This document shows positions 20,421 to 29,600 of a DNA stretch of 64,000 nucleotides, in pieces. The notes below the pieces were generated by a model. It was not told where the DNA came from. It did no database searches and saw nothing but the letters and a program-made list of their open reading frames with translations. The translations under genes and the position numbers were made by a program. Position 1 is the stretch's first letter. Each line of letters starts with the position of its first letter. Source of the stretch: a virus (taxonomy: Duplodnaviria; Heunggongvirae; Uroviricota; Caudoviricetes); IMG/VR virus record IMGVR_UViG_3300042691_005779. One strand, given 5' to 3'.

Positions 20421-23132
20421 TTAGAGGTTTTTTAGAGCTTTTACAATTGAGCTATTTCTAGCTTTTGTTTTACCACCATTCTTTTGCGTTCCCATAAAAC
20501 TATCTAGTTCATCAAGAGAAGGTTTTTGAGAGCTACTTGCCTTTCTAGTTGCAACTCTACGTCCTGCTGCATTGAAAAGATCTTCATAACCTTCTTCTAG
20601 TTGCCCAGAACTCTGTCCTCTACCAAATGGATTACCTGACGTGTTAAAGAACTGTAGGGCATTAGCATTGATTGCTCTACCCTTAGGATCAAATCTGAAG
20701 TTGTACATATTCTCTAGAACAGCCATCTTTCTATTAACAGCTCTTTGTTGTGCAGTCTTAGCAGCAATAGAACTCAATGCACTAAAGTTTCTCTCAGCAG
20801 TATTAGATGCAGCTTCAGTTTGTCTTTCGTACTGTTTATCAAGGATTTGCAAGTTTCTAAGTTTAGCATCATTTAACAACGCTCTGTTCTTATCATAAAC
20901 CTGCATTCTGTTTGCAGTATTCATTCTATCTCGTTCTCCTAGTAGTTGATTTTTAGCTTGTAATGTCTGAGCCATAATCATTGCCTGTGCAGCAGGATTA
21001 GCACCAGCAGCTCTAATAGCAGCTCTTGATTGAGCATCAACTGCAGCAAGTTGATCATTAAAAGAAATATCAACAGGGCTGTCTAACATTGGTTGGAATG
21101 TCTGAGCCTGTACAGGTTGTAATTGATTGGTAGCCAATGCATAAAGTTCAGGATACAATTGATCTGGAGGTAACTGCTCATCTGCATTAGTAGGTCTTAA
21201 GAAAGGTTCTAGATTAGACAAAGCAGCAGGAGCATAATCTCCAAGAAACTTACCTGTTTTCTTTAATGCATTTAATACTTTACTACCTTTCTTAGGTGAG
21301 AAGAAATCACCTGGCATGTCTTCGATGCTAGGAGGATGAAATTTAGGGGTATTTGAAATTACAAAATCTGGCAAAGTCATTTGTGATTCTTCTTCAGGTA
21401 CCCATACATCTCCTTCCCAGTTTCCTCCTCCTTGAGCTTTTTGTACTCTAGTACCATACTTGGCAACCATGCTTGGGTCTGTTTCTTTTTCAAATTTACC
21501 TTCAGCTAATTTGTCATTCTTAACACCTAAATGCTTAGCTGTCTGATGAATAGCATCTTGTACAATACCTGCTTCTTTAATCTTATCAGCATTAATCTTT
21601 TGCCAAGCGTTAGCTCCTTGGAGCATAGCCTTTCCTGTATTTAAAGACAAATGATCAAATGCATTGTTCTCATCAGAGTTTTCAATTAAATTAACAGCTT
21701 TACTAATTTTCTTTAATTGTTTAGCATCATTCTTAGCAATGTCAGCTATATATGTTTTAAACTTCATTCCTTTTGCTTTTGGATCTCCCATAAGATCTGC
21801 TATGTTTTTATTGATTTTCATGTTGCCAAATACAACAAGGTTATCACTAGATCCACCATCTTTTAATTTAACAGCTGGTTCACCACCTTCTACTTCCACT
21901 TCATTCTCACCATACTTAGTTTGAATACCACCATTGTCATGAGACGCACCTCTGAACATTCCTATCTCACCACCAGGTAAGTTAGGATTGTATGACATTG
22001 TTTCAAGGTATCCACCATCTCCTACTTCTAACTCACCACCCATTGCCATCTGTACTCCATTTTGAGCCATAGGCATATCAGGTCTACCAGTAAACATAGC
22101 TGCAGCACTAGGAGGTGTATACTCTTTTAAGTGTCCACCTGCACGTAACATGTCTGCATCATTAGGAGGTTGTAATAAGTCTTTTAACTTATGCTCACCA
22201 AATGTAGCAATTACTTGTGGCTGCCAATCATTACTTACCCATCCACCATCTTCCATATATGCGTTGAGAGGACCTTGTGATCTGTTTTGTTGGAACCCAA
22301 GTTGACTTTGAGTCAAAGCCATTTTATCTTTCTGTGCTTGTAATGCTCTAGCATCCTTAGCACCACCTAATGCATTTCCTAATAGTTTACCAGCAAACTT
22401 ACCTACAGCAGCTCCTGCAGGACCAAAGGCAGAACCAATAGATTCTCCTACAGCACTACCAATTTGTGCTTGACCTGAGTCTTGGAAGTATTCTCCAAAC
22501 TCTGCTTTGTGCATATGGCCACCATGTTTAAATTGTTTGTATGTTTCTTGCAATGGTTCAAATCCAAGATCATTGTAGATATCATTAGGAGCATATGTAT
22601 TCTGAATCTCAGTGGGGTTGCCACCAATCATTGTACCATTCTCAGCTAAGTAGTTTGTGCCTGATCCATAAGGATTACCTAATTGTCCAGGTTGTATTGG
22701 ATTGTCCTCTTCTCTAACATAATTACGTTTAGGTTGCTCCATAGTTTGATTAGCTTGCAAAGCAAGTCCTGATAACTGAGCAGCTTGGTCAGCCTTTTTA
22801 ATGTTTCTCTTTTGCTCAGCAATAGCACTAATTCCACCAGCAATTTTATCTAAATTATTAAGAGCACTCATACCAGCTGTTTGTGCACCAGCACCAAAAC
22901 TCTCTGGTTTAGTAAATTTAAACTCAGGTGGTGTGGTTACTCCAGTTTGAGCAATAGGAGGGTTACCAAAGTCACTTAGTTGATGTAACTGTTTGTATAC
23001 CATAGACTTACCCATAGCAGCTTTCTTAAACTCTTTCTTATGAGCTTTCATAAATGCTTCTTCTGTTGGGTACTTCTTGTAGAATTCCTTTTCAGACTTA
23101 ACTCCTGCAATCTTTAAGATTTGATCTTTCAT
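20421..23132 (-). CDS. Large virion protein, 903 aa, Gly-rich with a C-terminal coiled-coil, function unknown
   Basis: Long ORF in the cargo block; Gly/Ala-rich low-complexity segments. Confidence 0.5.
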   Translation of the reverse strand: MKDQILKIAGVKSEKEFYKKYPTEEAFMKAHKKEFKKAAMGKSMVYKQLHQLSDFGNPPIAQTGVTTPPEFKFTKPESFGAGAQTAGMSALNNLDKIAGGISAIAEQKRNIKKADQAAQLSGLALQANQTMEQPKRNYVREEDNPIQPGQLGNPYGSGTNYLAENGTMIGGNPTEIQNTYAPNDIYNDLGFEPLQETYKQFKHGGHMHKAEFGEYFQDSGQAQIGSAVGESIGSAFGPAGAAVGKFAGKLLGNALGGAKDARALQAQKDKMALTQSQLGFQQNRSQGPLNAYMEDGGWVSNDWQPQVIATFGEHKLKDLLQPPNDADMLRAGGHLKEYTPPSAAAMFTGRPDMPMAQNGVQMAMGGELEVGDGGYLETMSYNPNLPGGEIGMFRGASHDNGGIQTKYGENEVEVEGGEPAVKLKDGGSSDNLVVFGNMKINKNIADLMGDPKAKGMKFKTYIADIAKNDAKQLKKISKAVNLIENSDENNAFDHLSLNTGKAMLQGANAWQKINADKIKEAGIVQDAIHQTAKHLGVKNDKLAEGKFEKETDPSMVAKYGTRVQKAQGGGNWEGDVWVPEEESQMTLPDFVISNTPKFHPPSIEDMPGDFFSPKKGSKVLNALKKTGKFLGDYAPAALSNLEPFLRPTNADEQLPPDQLYPELYALATNQLQPVQAQTFQPMLDSPVDISFNDQLAAVDAQSRAAIRAAGANPAAQAMIMAQTLQAKNQLLGERDRMNTANRMQVYDKNRALLNDAKLRNLQILDKQYERQTEAASNTAERNFSALSSIAAKTAQQRAVNRKMAVLENMYNFRFDPKGRAINANALQFFNTSGNPFGRGQSSGQLEEGYEDLFNAAGRRVATRKASSSQKPSLDELDSFMGTQKNGGKTKARNSSIVKALKNL

Positions 23133-23152
23133 ATCAAACGTTTATATGTGGT

Positions 23153-25783
23153 TTATTTATATTTATTTAGCCAGCCACCTTTTGGATATTCAGTGACATA
23201 ATCTCCATCAAATTTATAATTCTTTCCTGGTTTCATCAACTTTTTGTCACCAGTATTACTTACACCTAGTACATCATAGTTAACACCTTTCATGGTGATA
23301 TCATTGCCTGGGATGATAGTTGTTTTTCCTGGGTGTGCCCATTGTCCCATTGGGTCTACAATCTGTCCACCATTCTTCCAGTTCTTAATTGTCTTATATT
23401 TGTTCACCATTACATCTATATCAAAAAGATTACCAGCTTCCATAACTTGTCTTTTGAAATCAGGTGATTTAAACTCTTCAAATGATATTGGATTTCCTTT
23501 ATACTTTATATAAGGCATTGGTAACTCTGATCCTGTATACTCATTGATTGTTTTATAAGTTCTCTCAAGTTTTGGAAATTGATCAATTATCTCAGTATAC
23601 CAAGCATCTGGAGAAAAGCTAGAACGAGTAATTTGGTTTAATGAAGACATTCGTGTTAATGGTTCAATTTGTATTCTACCTGGTTGACCACTACTTAACT
23701 TAGCAACACGTGTGTTTAATAATGGCTGAGAGTGGATACTTGTACTTATTGGTTCTATACGTGCTTTTTCAGGTAGGTGACTAAATACAATGTTCATTTG
23801 TTTAGAGCTACTCTTAGGGTCTCTATTAAAGAAACTTACATCTCTTACATCTACATATGGGTCTCCTGGATATTGTCTAGTTTTGATTTGTATATGTTGC
23901 GAAGGAGATTTTGCATCAGCTATATCATAAGTTCTTAATATTCGACCAGATTCATAAGCTTCTATGCTTTCACGTATATTGTGACCTTCAGGATGTTTAG
24001 TTACAAATTCACCTGATTGATCACCTTGACCAATACGAAACTTATCAGCTTCCCATTGTTTCTCAACAGGTAATGCTGCAGCAGGAGGAGCTGGAGCTGG
24101 AGCAACTAAATCATCTTCACTTATAAAGTCCAAATCAATTACTGATGGTTCTGTGTCTATATCTCTAAGAGCTCTTTGCAAACTCTCACTCATTGGTTGA
24201 GGAGCAGGAGCAGGAGTTATACTTGTTGAACTTCCACCTCTAATTCTTTGCAAAAGATCATCTGCAGCTATTTGTAAATTAGATTGAAGTTCTCTATCAA
24301 CAGGAAATTGACTGCGTACAGCAGCTAACTCTTCTTCAGTAGGAATTCTTTGTGTAACAGGTCTAGGGTTTCTTTGATAATATTCTTCAATAGGATCAAG
24401 TTCAAGAGTGCTAGGTGCTGGAGGAGTTACTTCAGAAGGTCTTCTATAATATCTATTAGCTTCTGCTGTATTCCAAGCAAGAAGTTCTTCATCTGTAGGA
24501 AACTGATAAGGAACTCTTGAGCTTTGGCTTCCTTGTGTCACTGCATTATTAAGTCTTTGTTGACGTATTGCATTTAACTCTAGGTTAGTTGGTTGAACTG
24601 TAGGTCTTGGACCTTTACCAATAAACCCTGCAGTTTGTACATTGTAACCAAGGTTATCGATTGCTCCTCTAGAAAAACGTTGAGCTTTCATAGCACTTCC
24701 TAATGGATCAAGACCCATTGCTCCTAGTCCTGCAGTCATTGCCAATGTTGCAGCAACACCTTCAGGACTTCTTGCAGCAACTGATTCTCCAAGTGCATCT
24801 GCTAATCCTCCCACTGTATATGCAGGGTTTATGTATTCATCAAACATTTCTCCCAATCCACCAACACTTTCAGGAAATAATCTAGCTTTTTCTGCTATAT
24901 TAAAACTACCAGGAACATTTACATCTCCTTTTGTTGTTCTCCTAGCTGCTCTCTCATCTAATATTTGCTTATTGCGTTCTTCAGTTCTTTTTTGAGTTTC
25001 TTTATTTATCCTAGCATTCTCTTCTTGCTCTTTCTTAGTAAGAACTTTTACAGGAGCAGCCACTCGTGTAGCATCTGATGGAGCTTTCTCTTCTTTAAAC
25101 CTGTCCATGATTAAACCATTCTGACTAATAGTCTTAGGAGTGAAGTCTAGCCCTTCTTGGTAAAACTTCATCTCTTGTCCATTCTGTGCAGAAGCTTTTG
25201 TCTTTTTAGCATATTTACCATTGCTAGGAGCAGGATCAATTGTACGTGCGTACGTGAATCCTACAGCACCTGGGATACCACCACCCATAGCCATATCTCC
25301 CCATCTCTTAAGTGGTGTAGGAATAGGTTTTCCTTTTTCTACATATGGATGTCTAATCTCTTGTTCCCACTTCTCAGCTTCTTGCCATGTTTTAAATGGA
25401 CCACCAAGATGTTCTCCTGTCTTCTTATATTCAGCAATAGGATCTTTTAGTTTCTTACCACCTTTAAATGAAGGAATTAAATAAGCTGGTTCTCCATCTT
25501 CTCCTCCTATAGACATAGCTAATTCAGTGCTAGGAGTGTTATATGGTATTACATATCCTTTTGGTAATTTAGGACTAGTAGGTTGTAAGAAACCACCATT
25601 CTGAAATTGTCCACCCCATGCAGGAGAATAGTTTCTACCTTTAATATTATAACCTAGTCCTACAAAGTCAGGACCTACAGACGCTTGTACGTTGTTAGGA
25701 TTAGCTTTCTTACCATAGTTATCCTTGGTCTTCTTCTTTAAGACCATTCCTCCTTGTTCGTATTTATCTAACCAATTTGCCAT
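23153..25783 (-). CDS. Large virion protein, 876 aa, function unknown
   Basis: Long ORF; Pro/Ala linkers (PAPAPPAAALP); 1-nt overlap with the upstream gene. Confidence 0.5.
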   Translation of the reverse strand: MANWLDKYEQGGMVLKKKTKDNYGKKANPNNVQASVGPDFVGLGYNIKGRNYSPAWGGQFQNGGFLQPTSPKLPKGYVIPYNTPSTELAMSIGGEDGEPAYLIPSFKGGKKLKDPIAEYKKTGEHLGGPFKTWQEAEKWEQEIRHPYVEKGKPIPTPLKRWGDMAMGGGIPGAVGFTYARTIDPAPSNGKYAKKTKASAQNGQEMKFYQEGLDFTPKTISQNGLIMDRFKEEKAPSDATRVAAPVKVLTKKEQEENARINKETQKRTEERNKQILDERAARRTTKGDVNVPGSFNIAEKARLFPESVGGLGEMFDEYINPAYTVGGLADALGESVAARSPEGVAATLAMTAGLGAMGLDPLGSAMKAQRFSRGAIDNLGYNVQTAGFIGKGPRPTVQPTNLELNAIRQQRLNNAVTQGSQSSRVPYQFPTDEELLAWNTAEANRYYRRPSEVTPPAPSTLELDPIEEYYQRNPRPVTQRIPTEEELAAVRSQFPVDRELQSNLQIAADDLLQRIRGGSSTSITPAPAPQPMSESLQRALRDIDTEPSVIDLDFISEDDLVAPAPAPPAAALPVEKQWEADKFRIGQGDQSGEFVTKHPEGHNIRESIEAYESGRILRTYDIADAKSPSQHIQIKTRQYPGDPYVDVRDVSFFNRDPKSSSKQMNIVFSHLPEKARIEPISTSIHSQPLLNTRVAKLSSGQPGRIQIEPLTRMSSLNQITRSSFSPDAWYTEIIDQFPKLERTYKTINEYTGSELPMPYIKYKGNPISFEEFKSPDFKRQVMEAGNLFDIDVMVNKYKTIKNWKNGGQIVDPMGQWAHPGKTTIIPGNDITMKGVNYDVLGVSNTGDKKLMKPGKNYKFDGDYVTEYPKGGWLNKYK

Positions 25784-26652
25784 TATTTGTAAGAGATTTG
25801 AGCAGGTGTAATAATGAATTGAGAAACTATATGAGCTTCAGAACTGTTATCAAGTATGTGTCTCACCTTGAGGTCTTTAGCTCTCAATGGTTCTTTCTTA
25901 AATGATCTCTTTCCATAATCCATATTTGGTTGATTTACAATCTTATCTATAGATAAAGACTCACAACTTGTCATGAATAAAGGTATAGATTTGTTCTTAA
26001 CAAGACTCCAGAATGTATTGTATTGATAGAAGTTATCACTCTTTGTATACATAATGGTTTTACTATTAGTATTGTACATAGGGTAGGTTAAGTATGCACT
26101 TAGGTTGTTGATAGGCTTTGGTACCAATTCTAATACACCTGTAGACTGTTGTCCATTGTATAGAACAGCTTTGTTAAACCATTGATTATCAACTTCTATC
26201 CTAGCATTGTCATTGAACACACCATCTGGAATAGGTAGATAGTTGTACACTTTACTGTAGTCTTTCACGTTTTGTAATATCTCATCATAGCTTTGGTAGC
26301 TAAAAGGATATTCAATTATATATGGTTCTATATTACCATAGAACTTATTATAGTTTTGTACATCTGTCAGATGTCTCCAAATAGATCCTGTGTTACATGT
26401 TGTATATGTCAAAGCTGCAAGCTCCTCTTTAGTAGCTGTGCCAATTGAAACCTCTATAAAGATTCCATTGCACTTGCCTGCAGATGTTATAATAACACTC
26501 TCAATAGAGTCATCAACACTAACAGTATAACCATCAATTAAGTTTTGCTTGGTTATATTGGTGCCTAGAACATTGCCTTCATTATCAGAGATATTGAAAG
26601 GTCCAGTTCTACCACCAGAGCATGTTAATCTTATTATTACTGTCTTTGCCAT
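25783..26652 (-). CDS. Fiber-associated protein with an N-terminal TGPFNI domain (289 aa)
   Basis: The N-terminus MAKTVIIRLTCSGGRTGPFNISDNEGN...GYTVSVDDSIESVIITSAGKCNG is paralogous to the N-terminus of ORF 35472..36011. It lies immediately downstream of the 1748-aa fiber gene. Confidence 0.5.
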   Translation of the reverse strand: MAKTVIIRLTCSGGRTGPFNISDNEGNVLGTNITKQNLIDGYTVSVDDSIESVIITSAGKCNGIFIEVSIGTATKEELAALTYTTCNTGSIWRHLTDVQNYNKFYGNIEPYIIEYPFSYQSYDEILQNVKDYSKVYNYLPIPDGVFNDNARIEVDNQWFNKAVLYNGQQSTGVLELVPKPINNLSAYLTYPMYNTNSKTIMYTKSDNFYQYNTFWSLVKNKSIPLFMTSCESLSIDKIVNQPNMDYGKRSFKKEPLRAKDLKVRHILDNSSEAHIVSQFIITPAQISYK

Positions 26653-26663
26653 TTATCTTATGT

Positions 26664-29600
26664 TTAAATACAATCTGTACAATTTGCTGTTCCAGATAAC
26701 TCACATCCTGGTGGTGGTGGAGTAGTAGTTGTTGTTGTGGTTGTACTAGTAGATGTACTAGTAGTAGTTGTTGTAGTTGTTGGTACAGGACAGTTAACAA
26801 AGTTTCCTCCACTAGCATTAAGATTAAAATATACTATTGTATATGCACTTATTGATGGAATTATGAAAGGATTTGATTTGCCACAAAGAGATGTAAAATC
26901 TCCACTAGATGCACCTGTTCCATATTGAATATCATTACCAGATGTATCAGTTATAGCAAGATACACTGTAACTCCTCCATTAAATATTGTACCAGCAAAA
27001 TTATCATAAAGTGGATAATCACTAATTGGGAATGTACTTGTTATCCATAGTGTCCAAGTTGCACCAAAGTCTGTACTATACCATAACTGTATTAATTGTC
27101 CAGTATTAGAAAATTCTGATATTCTCCAATCAACATTGTAGAAAACACTTGATGTTGTAGTGGTAGTTGTGGTTGGTGTAGCAGTGGTTGTGGTAGTTGT
27201 AGTGCTTGTACTACTAGATGTTGTAGTTGTAGTAGTGATTCCACAATCTATACACTCTGCTGTACCAGACAAGTTACAATATAAAATTGTTGTGGTAGTA
27301 GTTGTAGTGGTTGGAGAAGGAATCTCTGTAACTGCCACTGCTGTGATATCACAACCTTCATTTAATCCAGAATAGAAGAAGTTATTTTCTCCTATATAGA
27401 AGTTAGGAATGTATGTATGGAAACTTACCCAACTCTTAGTGTTTAGGTTAAATGAAGCAGTCCATGATTTGTTACAGAAGTATTCTAAGTCTGTTACATT
27501 TATAAACCTCTTCACTGATGTATTACCAGCAGTTGGTTGGTTTACATAAAACTCTTTAGCCACTTCATCATAGAATATTTCTTTTCCTGGTTGAGGAATA
27601 TAGTCTAGTTTAGTGATGATGATTCTTTCAAACTTGCTGTCAAATACACCATGTAATCCAATACCCTTGAAGTGATTATCTGTATCAATATTAGGAAAAT
27701 ACCTTAATATTTCAAATGATAAATGGTCTGTAAAGAATCTATTTAACCCAGAACCAAAGCCTGATATATCTGTTGCTTGGGTGCCTTGGATTAAGAATAT
27801 CTGTCCTCTCTTGGCATCTACAGTAACTTGACCTTGTGGTATTCTAAGTAACATCTTGTTCTGACATCCTACATATCCAAGGTCTGTTTCTGCAAAGTCA
27901 ATTGGAGGTGTATTGCCAAATAAATCACCACCTCCTAAATATGCAGCCTGAGGATTGCTTGTGTCAATAGTTAATAAGTTATTGTATAACAATGTCTTAT
28001 TCTCAAATCTAGCTAAGGTTGCTCTGTTCTGTATACCATCTAGAGATACTAAGTTACCATAGTTTTGAGGGAAGTCAAAGAAGTTCACTGGACGATATAT
28101 CAACCAGCTATTTATTCTGTTATCAGAATAGCTTTCTTGTCTATCAGAGTATATTGCTCTGAATGGAAAATGGGTGTAGCATAATTGCTGTACCCAATCT
28201 GCAGGCAAATGAGAGAAGAAGTTCTCTACGTTTTGCTTAGTGAATGTTGTATTGTAATAGTAAGTGTTATCAAATGCAATAGGCACTCTACTTTCTTGGA
28301 ACCATTGGTCAGGAATACCTGAGCTCACATGTGGGTAGAAGTCACCCTCCAAGTTGTTGAATGCTTGACGTAAGTCTACATTGATAGAACTCTCTACATA
28401 GTAATAAGGAATACCATATGCAAACAAATACATTTTGCCACCATATGTGTAGTTCAAAGAACCAGCCACCACTGTTCCTGGAGGAGGTGTTGTAGATGTA
28501 GTTGTTGTACTAGTTGATGTTTGTACAATATTATCATTAGGACAATCAAAATAATGTGCTTTGGTAGATATGATGTTCTTCATCAATGTACCACCCACAT
28601 AGTAGTCTGATAGGATAGATCTAGCTGAGTGCCAGTATTGTGGGTAAGCCACATTACCAATCTCATCATAGTAAATGTCACTGTCATCAGGAGCATTCAC
28701 TCTATTATCAATAAAGAATGGAAGTTTAGTTTTGAATCCAAACTTACCAATGAATGTATCACCACCAAAGATAACCTCAGGATCATTTGCAGGGAGAGCA
28801 TTAAATATTCTTTGGAATCCTGTATCAATTGTTTGATATGAATATATCTGTCCCCACTGTCCATTATTGATTGTCTTGATTGAACCATAATATGAAACAA
28901 CCTTTATATCTTCTTGAGCCTCAGGACTAGCACAGTTATCTACTTGTGAAATTGTAAATCTTGAAGTATCACTAATTTGACTTACACCTGCTACAACAAG
29001 ATTTGGTGTTTTGTTAGGATATGGTAAAGCTGGTACAGCTCCCACTCCAGTTCTTGTTTCAATACTCTTGGTATATACTGATGATTCTCTGTTCCAGTTG
29101 TTGATGTCATAGTTATCTCCCACAGATTGAACACCTGGGAAAATGTACTGTGACTTATCAAGTTGTCTTTGCTTAACTCCTTGATCATTAGGAATATCTA
29201 CACTATAGTCATAGCTAGATCTAGAATTAAAAGAATATGCAAAGTTTTGTCTACTGATACCATTTATATAGATCTGTAGATATGTTTGATATGCTGTGAA
29301 GAATGCTGAAGCATTAAATCCTCCTAGGTCAGCTATTGCTTTACTAGAGTTCAAAGCACTGATTTGTGTTTGCTCAGTGAGAAGTTTGTACATAGCATGC
29401 TTCTCCACTTTAACAAAGTGGGCCCTACCAGCACCAAACAATACACTCTCTAGCTTAAGAACATTACCTAATGTAGGTTGTCCAAAAGATGTTTCAGGTG
29501 AGTTAAACACCTGTCTGTATGGTGATTCATTATTATTAAACCCATCTAGCTTTTGAGGATAGCAGGCAAGGTTTTCATTAGTGTTAGCAGCAACAATAGT

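Noticed and set aside
26609-27375. Poly-Gln (26609..26818), poly-Val (27160..27375) and Cys/Ser-rich (35697..35879) ORFs
   Set aside because: These are alternate-frame or antisense readings of the (ACN)n poly-Thr coding tracts of the fiber genes, not independent genes.
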